Notes: generated from the letters alone by a model not told the origin. A stretch of DNA of 63,234 nt, filler included, from Reclinomonas americana ATCC 50394 (GCA_048213135.1; 18 parts of 18 records of this genome joined end to end with filler, not necessarily neighbours in it); one strand, 5' to 3'. Positions 21,102-32,495 are shown, counted from the whole stretch's first letter. Numbers and translations: made by a program.

Positions 21102-24100
21102 CTGCGTCTGTTTCGCAGCGACTGGCGCGACTTACGCGACCGTCGCAGACGAGTTCAGTTAGTTTGATGGTGAGGAGAGAGAAGAGAGGGGAAGGCGAGG
21201 AAGAGAGAGAGAGTAGAGACTCGTGATCACGGATGCAGCTGTGCGAAGGAGAGGCAGAACGATGATCGATCAATGATCTCACTTCTCCCTCTCCCTCCTT
21301 CTCCCCCTCTCCCTCCTTTTTCCGCAGTCCGGCCGCACTCTCCACCTCTGCCGCAGCAACCCTCTCATCGATCCCAGTGCGCCCAAGCAGGCTCCGTATG
21401 CCGGCATGCAGTTGTGCTTTCTCGGCACGTCGTCGGGCACGCCCACGCTCTACCGGAATGTGTCGTCGCTGGCACTGCGCACTGGTGCGTTGGGAAGCGA
21501 GGGAGGGAGGGAGGGAAAGAGACCGCAATGAGATGTGCGAAGAGAAGGAAGGCTTGTTCTGCTTGTTACATAGTCTACTGCTGGAGTGCCTCGCTTTCGT
21601 GTTCCTTTCTGGTCTCCGCTATTCTCCTGCCGTCGCACTTGAATGCGTGAGTGGAATGACGAATCCTTCAGTGTTGCTTGTTGTCTCGGGGCATTTCTAT
21701 GCTCCTTTCTGGTCTCTCCTGTCCTCCTACCGTCGCGTGAGTGGAATGACGAAACTTTCAGTGGTGCCCCTCGCTTTGTTACCTTGGGAGGGTTTCTATG
21801 CTCCGCTCTGGCCTTCTCTGTCCTTATACCGTCGCAATGGAAAGCGTGAGTGGAATGACGAATCATTCACAGTTACCTCTCGCTTTTGTTGTGGCGGGAG
21901 AGTTCCTGTGTCCTCATCCTCTCGCACTTGAGTGCGTGAGTGTGACGAATCTTTCAGTGTTGCCACTCGCTTTTGTTGTCTCGGGAAAGTTTCTGTGTTC
22001 CTTTCTGCCCTCATGCCGTCGCACTTGAATGCGTGAGTGGAGCGACGAATCCTTCAGTGTTGCTCGATGCCTCGGGAGTTTCTGTGTTCCTCTCTGGTCT
22101 CCTCTATCCTCCTGCTGAGTTAGAGGGTGCTTGCCCTGCTTTCCGTGTCTGCTGGCTTCGTGTTTTTGCTGCATCACCTATTGTGTAACAGTTGTTGACT
22201 GTGAGAGGTCTGCGCGGACTGCTATAGACACACAAGATTGTTGTGATCTACAACTCACTGTGTTGTTATCATGTTCGTCTGTGCCATCGCAGAGGAGGGT
22301 ATTGTTGCGTCTTCAGTCGCTGTCCCCCCAAGATTCACTGTCACTCACCGAGTGCGTGCAGTGGTTGTTCGACTGCGGCGAGGCCACTCAGCACAGACTC
22401 AATCAACTGGGACTGCGGGTATCACGATTACAGCGCCTGTTCATCACTCACATGCATGGCGATCATGTTGCGTTTGCGCAATCGCATTTGTTATTCTTGT
22501 GCAGTCAGTGTCGCTCCCCGTGCGCTTTCTCCTTTCTTTTTACCCCGTTGCCTTCTCACTCGCTTCATCTGCTGCACACCAACCCTGCTCGTTCCTCTCG
22601 TGATCTCGCTTCTGCTTGTTCACTGTCTCTCTGTCCTCGCTTCTCCTCCTCATTCAATCTTTGTTCACTCCTCGTTCACTCCTCATTCTCTCATTCGCTC
22701 CTCCTTCACTCCTCCTTCACTCCTTCTTCACTCCTCCTTCACTCCTCCTTCACTCCTCCTTCACTCCTTCTTCACTCCTCCTTCACTCCTCCTTCACTCC
22801 TCCTTCACTCCTCCTTCACTCCTCATTCACTCCTCATTCGCTCCTCATTCACTCCTCATTCACTCCTCATTCCGTCATCATTCACTCCTCATTCGCTCCT
22901 CATTCGCTCCTCATTCGCTCCTCATTCGCTCCTCATGCACTCCTCATGCACTCCTCATTCACTCATTCGCTCCTCCTGCTCTCTGTCGCTATCTTACTCT
23001 CACCTGTTCCGTACCAACCACGTCAGTTGCATATCTTATACTTCGTCTGCATCTCCCTCACTCTCCCTCATTCCCTTCGATCCTTCTCCTTCCCATTCAC
23101 TTCCTCTCCCCCTTCGCTTGTCCTTTTTCTCACTCTCTCCTTTATCCTCTCACTCTCTCCTCTCTACATCAACTCCATGTCAACCGCGTCGTCTCCATCG
23201 TTTTCTCCTTGTCACTCGCTCGTCCTCCGCGCTTGTCTCACTTTCCTTCTCTCTCTCTCTCTGTCTCTTTCTCTCTCTCTGTCTCTTTCTCTCTCTCTCT
23301 CCATTCACCCCCTTCTCCCTCTCCCCTTTCTCCCTCTCCATTGTCCCCTTCTCCCTCTTCATCCTTTTCTACCTCTCCTCACCCCCTTCTCCCTCTCCAT
23401 TCGTCCCTTCTCCTTATCCATTCGTCCCCTTCTCCCTCTCCATTCGTCCCCTTCTCCCTCTCCATTCTTCCCCTTCTCCCTCTCCATTCACCCCTTTCTC
23501 CCTCGCCATTCGTCCCCTTCTCCTTTTCCACCTTCTCCCTCTCTCCTTCTCCCACTTCTCCCTCTCCATTCACCCTCTTCTCCCTCTCCATTCTTCCCCT
23601 TCTCCTTATCCATTCGTCCCCTTCTCCCTGTCTTCCTTCTCCCTCTCCATTCATCCCCTTCTCCCTCTCCATTCATCCCCATCTCCCTCTCCTCCTTCTC
23701 CCTCTCCCTCACCCCCGTCTCCCTCTCCCTTCCCCCCTTCCTCCCCCCTTGCAGTCCCTCGGCATCCCCGGCGTCCTCCTCGGCGCCGCCCTCTCCCGCG
23801 CCAGCCAACCCACCCCCCGCAACAACGAACCCGCCTCCCTCAACGTCTACGGCCCACCCGGCCTGCGCAACATGGTGCGCACCGTCCTCCGCCACACGGC
23901 CTACTGGCGCGACAACGTGCCGCTGGCCATCTCCGAGTTTATCGTGCCGCCAAGGGTGAGCTGCACCACCACAGCGGACGGTGCTTCTGCGTTTGCTTCT
24001 CACGACGCGCGCAGGAGGTGAAGAACTCGTGGTCGAACAAACCCGGCAACACCTCGGAGCGCATGGCACGCAACTCGCCTCAACCACGTCTCGGTTGCGT

Positions 24101-25401
24101 ATCGCACGAAAGTGAATGTCGTCCCTCATTTTCTGATTTCTCGAGCAGCTGACGCGAGATCGTGGTTCACGGGCGAGGACATGTCATGCAATGCGGAGGG
24201 AGTGTGGACAGTGTTGCGTCGCAATGGGTAGCTGGCAAGGGGGAAGCGGCCATCTTACTTTGCGCGACAGATACGAAAGCGATCGGTATCTGGTGACGGC
24301 AGCTGAACTGCGACATCGAGTGCCCTGTTGGGGATATGTGGTGCGCGAAAAGGATCGACCGGGACGGTGAGCGGAGTGGGTGAAGGGGTGGAGGGGAAGG
24401 GGGAAGGGAGAAAAGAGGTGACAGGTGTTACTAGTGGGCGTTCACGTTTCTGTGTGCACGGCTCTGCTGTGTTCTCTTTCTTTGTTCATTGTTTCTATGC
24501 GTTCGCAACCGTACTCCATGTTCGCTCGAAAGGAATAGACGCGCGAGAGACGAAGGGAGTACAAAAGGCGTTCTCCTCTCATTCGCACATTGTATCAGTC
24601 ATCTTTGCTCTCTGTCTCGCGTTTCTTGCTCTGTGTTCTTTGTTTCATGTGCCTCTACGTCTTCGTGCTCTCTCTCGCACAATCACATGAAAGATAGGAA
24701 GCGAGAGAGACAGGCAGAGAAAACAGTGTTTCCCTTCAGTTCATTTCGTACATTGTGTCAGTCGTCGAATTCGTCGGTTCTGAGTAGGAACCTTGGTTCT
24801 GGTATTGAGTAGACGACGAGTGGAGACCAAGCGAAAATTCCTTGCTTTTTCGTTTGTTGCTGTGGCACGCCAGTACCCACCCACCCACCCGGCGTACACA
24901 CATCATATTTCCTCGTTTCTCCTCCGCTTTTGTTATTACTTCTATTCGTCGAAGTGTCACTCCTTGTTGGCCGCCTGCTCGGAGAGATCGTAAATAGCTC
25001 TCCAATGTCAATCATCATGGCCTTTGTCGTTCACCCCAATGTCCTTCTTGCTTCACTGTCTGGTCTCTTCTTTTGTCATTTGTGCTCCATCCTCTCCCGA
25101 AGCTTGCTTTTCATCTTGCCTCATGGCGTCTCATTGCTGCTCCTTGCTATCCTTGTTCTCCACCCCTTCCCCTCCATCACCCCTCCCAGCTTCGACCCCG
25201 AAAAGTGTGCTGCTCTCGGCCTGCCTCCCTCCTTCCTGTACAAGGAGCTGCAGGCTGGTCGACCAGTCACTGCCCCGAATGGCCGTGTGGTAACGTCACA
25301 CTCTGCGCCACCCCTGCACGACTTGCATTTCTCATTCTCTCTTGTGTGACAGATTCAGCCCAGCGAGGTCGTTGGACCACCCCGTCTTGGTCGCAAGATT
25401 G
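21102..25401 (+). CDS. Short-form RNase Z (tRNase ZS, ELAC1/Rnz-like) with N-terminal extension, multi-exon, 3'-truncated, start uncertain
   Basis: MQLCFLGTSSGTPTLYRNVSSLAL, WLFDCGEATQ, FITHMHGDH (HxHxDH), VYGPPGL, LRHRVPCWGYVVREKDRPG, flexible arm FDPEKCAALGLPP..YKELQAG..APNGR, VVGPPRLGRKI. Confidence 0.88.
21590..22115. repeat. Intronic minisatellite, 5-6 degenerate units of about 90-110 nt
   Basis: GCGTGAGTGGAATGACGAATC.TTCAGTG recurs at about 21645, 21735, 21844, 21934 and 22031; the intervening sequence is also similar between units. Confidence 0.85.
22640..23750 (+). repeat. Pyrimidine-rich intronic microsatellites (CACTCCTCCTT)n and (CCCTTCTCCCTCTCCATT)n
   Basis: Visible tandem units preceding the acceptor TTGCAG at about 23754. 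Confidence 0.85.
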
Positions 25402-25727
25402 GTGAGTCACGTGACGGCGCAAGGTTGTGCTGATTGCATCAAGAGCTGTCCCGACCTGTCTGCCTCTCCCTCCCTGTCGTGTATTGTGATGCCGTTTGTT
25501 TCTGGCGTTTCCAGCTCATTCTGCTACCGTCACCACCTCCTTTGTTGCATTTCTCCACTCTATGTTCAGTTGCTCTTTTCTTCATCGTTTCTTCGCTGCC
25601 CCGTTCTCTCTCTCTCTCTCTCTCTCTNNNNNNNNNNNNNNNNNNNNNNNNNNNNNNNNNNNNNNNNNNNNTTAATTAATTAANNNNNNNNNNNNNNNNN
25701 NNNNNNNNNNNNNNNNNNNNNNNNNNN

Positions 25728-25954
25728 GCGCCATCCAGGTCGACCTTGCGCTCGATGCTGCCGGGCAGGTGGCCCGAGCCAGCCTGGTGCGCACCGCGCG
25801 CCGCATCTTCGAAGGAAACGTCATCGTCCCCGCCAGTGCGATCCTCGCGCTTGCAGAGAGGGCGGAAACGGGAGGAGAACTGACCCATGACGATCACGCG
25901 CCGCCATCTCTGCAGCCTGATCACGGCCACCCTGGCCAGCACCTGCCTGCCTGA
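25728..25954 (+). CDS. C-terminus of a bacterial PrpF/FldA-family isomerase, partial
   Basis: ASLVRTARRIFEGNVIVP matches the PrpF C-terminal RTARRxxxG motif. The true stop may be earlier because the frame overlaps the next gene. Confidence 0.75.
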
Positions 25955-26788
25955 ACTCGCGCAAGCCCAGGCTGCCTTCCCGGACAAGCCGATGAAGCTG
26001 CTGGTGCCTTACGCCGCCGGCGGCGGCACGGATGCGATCGCGCGCCTCGTCGCGCAGGGCGTCGGCGAGAGGCTTGGCCAGTCGCTCGTGGTCGAGAACA
26101 ACGGCTCGGCCGGCGGCAACCTCGCCACCGCCCAGGCGGCTGCGGCCGCGCCCGACGGCTATACCGTGCTGATGGCCAATCAGGGCCCGATGGTGGTCAA
26201 TCCGCACCTGTTCAAGAATGTCCGGGTCGACCCGCTGACCGCCTTCGACCCGCTGACGCTGATCTCGGCGGCGCCGCTCGTCGTGGTGGTCGCGCCGAAC
26301 TCGCCGCACAAGACGCTGGCGGAGCTCGTCGGCCAAGCCCAGAAGAACCCGGGCAAGCTGACCTATGGCTCGGCCGGCAACGGTTCCGCCAGCCATCTGG
26401 CGACGATCCTGCTGGCGCAGACCGCGCAGTTCGAGGCGGTGCACGTGCCCTATCGCGGCGCCGGTCCGGCGCTGACCGACCTGCTCGCCGGCAACAGTGA
26501 TTTCATGATCACCACCGTGCCCTCCGTGCTCGGCCTGATCGAGGGCGGCAAGGTGAAGGCGCTGGCCGTGACCGGCAAGGCGCGCGCCAAGCTCTTCCCC
26601 GAGGTGCCTTCGGTGGCCGAGAGCGGCTGGCCGGATTACGAGGCGACGGCCTGGTACGGCTTCGTCGTGCCCAAGGGCACGCCCAAGGACGTCGCGGCGA
26701 AGCTGCGCCAGGCGACGGTCGAGACGATCAACAGCCCGCTCATCCGCGAGCGCCTGCAAAACGAAGGCGCCGAGCCGATCGGCAACAA
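25887..26788 (+). CDS. Tripartite tricarboxylate transporter substrate-binding protein (Bug/TctC), 3'-truncated
   Basis: GGAGG RBS, twin-arginine signal TRRHL, FPDKPMKLLVPYAAGGGTDAIAR, VEN..AGG, PDGYT, YGSAGNGSASHL, HVPYRGAGPA, WYGFVVPKGTP. Confidence 0.95.
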
Positions 26789-26888
26789 NNNNNNNNNNNN
26801 NNNNNNNNNNNNNNNNNNNNNNNNNNNNNNNNTTAATTAATTAANNNNNNNNNNNNNNNNNNNNNNNNNNNNNNNNNNNNNNNNNNNN

Positions 26889-27221
26889 CGCTGCCTCGTC
26901 GGTCTCCAGGCTGATCGGAGAGGGCCAGAGCCGGCGGAAGACGTCGGCCATCGCCTCGGTCGCGCCGGGGCGTACGATCGCGCAGGCGCCGCACAGCGCG
27001 CCGAACTGGGCCCGCGTTCGCTTGAACCAGATCGCCTGCTCGCGTTCGCCGGCCTGCGACAGCTTGCGGCCGCCGCCGAACACGGTGAGCAGCAGGAATG
27101 GCTCTTCGCGCCGGCCGAGCTCGGCGAGTGCGTCGAGATAGGCACGCTCGTCATTGTCGGCATAGGGCGGCGCAAAGCGCAGGGTGACGATGCCGTCGGC
27201 GTCGCTGTCGAGGCTGACCAT
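26889..27221 (-). CDS. Small SpoIIAA/STAS-SEC14-like protein directly downstream of the TonB receptor, 3'-truncated
   Basis: ATG 2 nt after the receptor stop; alternating beta/alpha pattern IVTLRF..YLDAL..FLLLTVF..CAIV..P..ETDEAA. The fold call is inference. Confidence 0.55.
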
Positions 27222-27223
27222 GG

Positions 27224-29452
27224 TCAGAAGCTCTTGCGGAAGCCGAGCGTCACGGTGCGGCCCCAAGCGTAGTTGGCGAGGTTGCGTACTGAGGTCGCGG
27301 TCGGGTTCTGGTAGTTGCGGTCGAACAGGTTGTTGACCGCGACATAGGCCTCGCCTTCGAGCACCGGGGCAGTGAAGGCGACGTTCATGGTGGCGGCGCC
27401 CTTCAGCTTGTTGCGGGTGCCGCGCAGGTCGGTCGCGACGTCGCGGTCGGAGAAGGCCTCGCCCTCGAGCCTGAGCTGCATGCCGTTGGTGAAGCGGTAG
27501 CTGCCGTAGAGCATGCCGCGATAGGGCGAGCCGATGCGGTTGTTCGGCAGGGCGCTGTCGAGCTTGCGGTCGCCATTGGTGTCGTAGCGGCCTTCGCGAT
27601 AGGACAGGACCGTGCCGAGGGTGAACTGCTCGGTGACGGCGACGTCGCCGGTCGCCTCGACGCCCCAGATCCGCTCCCGCTGCTGAGAGATCGTGTTGCT
27701 CGCCTGGTCGAAGGTCACGCCCTTGCTGGAGGTGCTGATGAAGCCCGTCAGCGAGCCCTTGAAGATGCCATGGCTGCCGCGGATGCCGAGCTCGTAATTG
27801 TTGACGATCTGCGCTTCCGGCGCGATCGAGGCATAGCTGATGCTGCGCCGGCTGGCCGGCAGGCAGTTCACATTGGTGACCGGGCAGGCATAGGCGGTGG
27901 AGATGCCGGCCCGCCTTGTGAAGGCGCCGACATCCGGCAATGCGAAGCCCTGCGAGAAGCCGCCGAAGATCTCGCTGCTCTCGGAGAGTTTCACCGTGGC
28001 GCCGAGATTGCCGGTCCAGGCCTTGTAGTCGAACTTGCCGCCGGTGACGTTGAGCGCCGGCAGCACGAAGCTCTGATAGCCCTGCGCATTATTGGCGGCG
28101 ACCGCCGCATAGGCCGCCGGGCGGACATAGTCGCTGACATCCAGCGAGAAATATTCGTAGCGCAGGCCGCCGCGTAGGGTGATCCGCTCGCCGACCGGGA
28201 TCTGCAGCTGGCCGAAGGCGGCGCTCGTTGTCTGCTTCAGTGGCGTGAACACGTCCTGGCCACTCGTCAGCGTTTGCCAGGTCTTCTCCTGGCTGAGGTC
28301 GCCGCCCCAGGTGAACTTGGCGCCGGGCAGGATGCGATCGAGCGGGGTGTCGATCGTCAGGTTCACGCCGCCGCGTTGCGAATAGAGCGTGGTCTGGTTG
28401 TCCGGGCTCGTCGGCGAGGCCGGATTGAAGGAGTAGTAGACCTGCGAATTATAGGGGTAGGAGAAGGTCGAGTAATTGAAGCGCTTCTTGATGTCGTTGT
28501 AGTAGCCGAGCAAGCTGAGCTTGCCGAGGGCGAAGTCGCTGTCGCTGTAGCGCAGCGAGATCGACTTGGTGTCCTCGATGACGTTCTGGCCGGTATAGAG
28601 CTGTGTCCGGTCCGGCCGGGCGAAGGGCGCGGCGTAGTTGGTCAGGTATTTCGGGTCCTGGTCGAAGGCGATCAGCGAGCCCTGTAACTCTATCCGCTTG
28701 CTGGCGTCGAAGTCGTAGCCGAGCTTGGCGAGCAGGTTGCCGGCCTTGTAGCGGTCGCCGCCGCCTTGGCCGAGCAGGCCGTCGGAGGGCAGTTCGCGCC
28801 CCTTGCCGTCATAGGTGCGGCCGGCGCCGCGGGCGCTGCCGGAGATCAAGTAGTCAAAACCGTTCGGGATCTTGCCGGAGACGGTGACCGAAGCTTCCGG
28901 CGCCAGCGAGCGGCCGAGAGCCTGGGTGAAGCCACGCACAGCGGTGTTGACCGTCACCCGCGGCTTGCTGCCGTCGGCCGCCTTCTTGGTGATGAAGTTG
29001 ACCGTGCCGCCGGTCGCGCCGGCGCCGTAGAGGCTTGAGGCACCGGCGACCATCTCGATGCGCTCGACCGTGTTGAGGTCGATCAGCGAAAGGATGCGCG
29101 AGACGTCGCGCAGCGGCGTGTTCATCGGCACGCCGTCGATCAGCACCAAGAGGTCGCGGCCGCGATAGTTCTCAGAGGCGCTCGACACCGTCTGCGTCGA
29201 CATCGAATAGCCGGGCACCAGCTTGCCGAGCGCGGCGGCGGCGTTCGGGCTGAACTTGAGCTGCTCCTCGATCTGCGCCCGGTCGAGCACCTGGATCGAT
29301 TGCGGCGTCTCGGCCGTGCTGCGCTCGGTGCGGGCCGCCGTGACGGTGATCGTGTCGAGATCGATCACAGGCGAGGGCGTCGATTGCGCCACCGCCGCCG
29401 AAGCGCAAAGCAGAGCCGGCAGGCTGATGGCGAGGGAAGCGCGCTTGCTCAT
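27224..29452 (-). CDS. TonB-dependent outer-membrane receptor, siderophore type (IutA/RhtA-like)
   Basis: 742 aa; signal peptide, TonB box DTITVTA, plug RGRDLLVLIDGVP..ERIEMVAGASSLYGAGATGGTVNFITK, VNNLFDRNY, terminal Phe. Confidence 0.95.
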   Translation of the reverse strand: MSKRASLAISLPALLCASAAVAQSTPSPVIDLDTITVTAARTERSTAETPQSIQVLDRAQIEEQLKFSPNAAAALGKLVPGYSMSTQTVSSASENYRGRDLLVLIDGVPMNTPLRDVSRILSLIDLNTVERIEMVAGASSLYGAGATGGTVNFITKKAADGSKPRVTVNTAVRGFTQALGRSLAPEASVTVSGKIPNGFDYLISGSARGAGRTYDGKGRELPSDGLLGQGGGDRYKAGNLLAKLGYDFDASKRIELQGSLIAFDQDPKYLTNYAAPFARPDRTQLYTGQNVIEDTKSISLRYSDSDFALGKLSLLGYYNDIKKRFNYSTFSYPYNSQVYYSFNPASPTSPDNQTTLYSQRGGVNLTIDTPLDRILPGAKFTWGGDLSQEKTWQTLTSGQDVFTPLKQTTSAAFGQLQIPVGERITLRGGLRYEYFSLDVSDYVRPAAYAAVAANNAQGYQSFVLPALNVTGGKFDYKAWTGNLGATVKLSESSEIFGGFSQGFALPDVGAFTRRAGISTAYACPVTNVNCLPASRRSISYASIAPEAQIVNNYELGIRGSHGIFKGSLTGFISTSSKGVTFDQASNTISQQRERIWGVEATGDVAVTEQFTLGTVLSYREGRYDTNGDRKLDSALPNNRIGSPYRGMLYGSYRFTNGMQLRLEGEAFSDRDVATDLRGTRNKLKGAATMNVAFTAPVLEGEAYVAVNNLFDRNYQNPTATSVRNLANYAWGRTVTLGFRKSF

Positions 29453-29548
29453 GAAGACACCTGTCGTCGTCGGTCCGGATCGGTTTCCCGAGCGAAAGCG
29501 TATCGCCTGGGGTCTTTCGATCTGAAGTTGTGGTGCCGTTTCGATCTT

Positions 29549-29569
29549 AGTTTAGAACTAGAATAAACT
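29549..29569. promoter_or_regulatory. Putative iron control element (Irr/ICE-like palindrome) in the divergent promoter region
   Basis: AGTTTAGAACTAGAATAAACT versus ICE TTTAGAA-N3-TTCTAAA: left arm perfect, right arm three mismatches; AT-rich island upstream of a siderophore receptor. Confidence 0.55.
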
Positions 29570-29674
29570 AGCTTTATTCATTGATCTGTGCGGCGAAAAG
29601 CTCTCGATGCATTGTGTTCTTGCGATCTCTAAAGTTATATCGAAAGCATCATCTTGGACTTGCGCGAACGCGCC

Positions 29675-30291
29675 ATGGGACAAAAGCGAACTCCGATGCG
29701 CGACGATGTGGCTGTGGCAGCGCTGCAACGGTCTGCCGGCGCGAAAGTCGCCGAGGGCGAAACCTTCGCGCCGTTCTGGCTTGTTTCGGGCGAAGCGGCG
29801 CCCGAGGAAGTCCGGGCGATGGCGCACAGGGTCTTCGGTCACGTACCTGATGGCGATGACATCCGCGCCGAGGCCGCCTTGCCCTTTGCCGCCCGCAGCA
29901 TGCTGACGACGCGGCCCGATATCGGGCTGATGTCCTGCTTTTCTCCGGCGACGCCCTGGATTTGGCCGGCGCGCCAGGGCGCGCAGGAGCCGCGCTATGT
30001 CCTCGTCCGCCCGTCCGATGGCCGCTGCGTCATCGAGCAGGCGGGCCGCCGCATCTCGTTGCGGGCCCGCGATGCCGCGGTCGTCGACCTCGCCAGGGAG
30101 ACACGTTTCACTCTGGTCGAGCTCGGCCGCATCGACCTGATTGCGCTTGATCCGGCGCGCTTGCCGGCTCTGAAAGAGCTCGCTTCCGATGAGCTGATGC
30201 AGGCGATCCCGCGCGGCAATCGCGGCTTGCAGGTGTTGGCGCATTATGGGGCGTTGCTGCTGCGCGGCCTGTTCCCGCTGAATTCGGCGCC
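29675..30291 (+). CDS. AraC-family regulator, N-terminal ligand-binding domain, 3'-truncated before the HTH
   Basis: YVLVRPSDGRCVIEQAGRRISLRARDAAVVDLARETRF resembles the AraC cupin-like sensor domain; divergent from a TonB receptor. Confidence 0.7.
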
Positions 30292-30450
30292 NNNNNNNNN
30301 NNNNNNNNNNNNNNNNNNNNNNNNNNNNNNNNNNNTTAATTAATTAANNNNNNNNNNNNNNNNNNNNNNNNNNNNNNNNNNNNNNNNNNNNCGACGGCTT
30401 TACCGGCGACCCGATCTGTAGAGAGATGCGGCGGGGGCCTCGCACACATC

Positions 30451-31982
30451 GTGATCTCGCATATCGACCCACTCGCCTATCTGAAGGCCGCAGCCCTTGT
30501 CGCCGCCGCGACGGTGCCCGCCGTCATCCTCGTCGCGCTGACGCCGCTGGAGAGCGTCGCGGCGGTCTATATATTGCCGGTGCTCGCTGCGGCGGTCTGG
30601 TGTGGCACCGGCCCCGCAGTCGCCGCCGCCTTGCTCGGCGCGGTGATGACCTCGCTGTTCTACCCGCCGCTCTTCAGCATCGAGGTCGTGCGGCCCTCGC
30701 AAATCGTCGATCTCGTCATCTCGCTGGTCGTCGCCCTGACGATCGGGCGGCTCGCCGGGCATTTGCGCGCCGAGATGCTCCGCGTGCGCGAGGATGAGCG
30801 GCGGGTGCGCCAGCTCTATGGCCTCAGCAGCGAGATCGCGGGGGCCGGTGACGTCGCGGCGATCTACGACATCGTCGCCGCCCATATGGCGGAGGCGCTG
30901 AAGCGCGAGGTCGTGCTGTTCGCCGCCGGAGACCGCCAGTCTTGGCAGGCAATCGGCGCCCGGCAGCGGCGCCGCATCCTGCCGAACTCGCCGAGGCGGC
31001 CCGCAGCTTTGCCGAGAGCCGCAGCCACGCTAAAAGCCCTGATGTCTCGGTTGCCGACTTGCCGGCGCGAGGACGCTGGCTGCTCTGCGGGCTGGGCAAG
31101 CCCGGGCCGCTCCAGGCGGTGCTCGCGGTCGCGATGGGCGGTGATGGTCACGATCCGAGCGGCGAGATCGTCGCCAGCGCTCGCTTCATCCTCGAGGAGG
31201 GTGCCCGTTCGCTCGAGCGGCTGGGATTGACGCGAGCGCTCGAGGAGAGGCAATTGCGCCAGCGGACCGATGCTCTGCGCGACATCCTGATGGAATCGGT
31301 CTCGCATGAATTGCGCACGCCGCTGGCGAGCATCCTCGGCTCGGCCAGCGTCCTTTCGGCCGCGCCGGCGGTGTCGGCCGAGCCGCGCCTGTCCGATCTG
31401 TCGAAGGCCATCGCCTCCGAGGCCGGCCGTCTCGACCGGCGCATCCAGAACCTGCTCGACGTCACCCGTATCCGTGCCGGCGCCTTGCAGCCGCGCTTCG
31501 ACGAGATCGATCCGGCCGATATCGTCAATGGCGCGCTCGATAGCGCCGCCGAGCGGCTGAGCGGCCGCAAGGTCGTGCTGGCGCTGGCGCGCGAACACCC
31601 TTTCGTTCGGGTCGATCCGATTCTGATCGAACAGGCGCTGATCAACATCCTAGAGAACGCTGCCAAATTCGCGCCGGAAGCGACGCCGATCACGATCAGC
31701 GCCGGCGTGGTCGAAGGCAGGCTGGAACTGGCGGTGCGCGACGAGGGGGCCGGGCTCGACCAACGCGAGGCGGAGCAGATCTTCGAGCGCTTCCATCGCG
31801 GCGAGCGCCATGCCGATATAGCAGGTGGAAGCGGGCTCGGGCTCAGCATCGCCAGGACCTTCGTCGAGGCGAATGGCGGCAGCATCGAGCCGCTGAGCGA
31901 GGGGCCGGGCAAGGGCACGAAGATGCGCATCTGGTTGCCGCTCGCGCCTGTGCGACGCATCAGGGAAGGGGATGATGACTGA
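30451..31982 (+). CDS. KdpD-like sensor histidine kinase (DUF4118 TM + HisKA + HATPase) with one frameshift near 30960; frame open to the contig edge
   Basis: Four TM helices with YILPVL..G.GPA and LFYPPLFS; SVSHELRTPLASILG, LIEQALINILENAAKF, DEGAG, GSGLGLSI. One extra C in the run at 30959-30961 would join the two ORFs. Confidence 0.85.
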
Positions 31983-32495
31983 AACGAGCCAGAAGGGCGC
32001 TGGCCCCTTAGTCCTCGTGGTCGATGACGAGCCGCAGATTCGGCGTTTCCTCAAGACCGGCTTCGAGATGCAGGGCTTCCGCATCGCCGAGGCCGAGACC
32101 GCCAAGCAGGCGCTCGAGCTTGCGGTGATGCGCCGGCCGGACCTGGTTATGCTCGATCTCGGCCTGCCCGATGCCGACGGCGCGAGCGTGCTGGAGGCGC
32201 TGCGCGGCTGGTTCCAGGGCGCGGTCATCGTCCTCTCGGTCCGCAGCTCGGAAGAGGAGAAGGTCGCGCTGCTGGAGAAGGGCGCCGACGATTATGTGGT
32301 GAAGCCCTTCGGCATGGCCGAGCTCCTGGCCCGTGCCCGGGTCGTGCTCCGGCGCGTGGTTCAGCCCGGTGGGGCCGAGCCGATGCTGCGCGTCGGCGGG
32401 CTGAGCGTCGATCTCGCCCGGCGCCTGGTCAGCCTCGACGGCGTTCCGGTCGTGCTGTCGCCGAAGCAGTTCGCTCTGCTCAGGGTGCTCGGTGC
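31972..32495 (+). CDS. KdpE-like OmpR-family response regulator, 3'-truncated
   Basis: VLVVDDEPQIRRFL, PDLVMLDLGLPDADG, VIVLS, GADDYVVKPFGMAELLAR; overlaps the kinase stop. Confidence 0.92.

Noticed and set aside
21590..22115. CRISPR-like array (regular motif about every 95 nt)
   Set aside because: The would-be spacers resemble each other, the repeats are degenerate, it lies in a eukaryotic intron and no cas genes are present.
22131..24152. Long ORFs of 450-670 aa rich in S/L/P/F, and similar ORFs at 1388-2097, 6461-8083, 11891-12717 and 60735-61836
   Set aside because: Stop-free translations of intronic purine or pyrimidine microsatellites.
30392..30451. KdpD naturally lacking its N-terminal Kdp/USP domains
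   Set aside because: The frame is open to the contig edge, so truncation by assembly cannot be excluded.
30955..30965. Programmed frameshift or pseudogene in the KdpD-like kinase
   Set aside because: One missing C in a homopolymer explains it, there is no slippery site, and the data look like 454.
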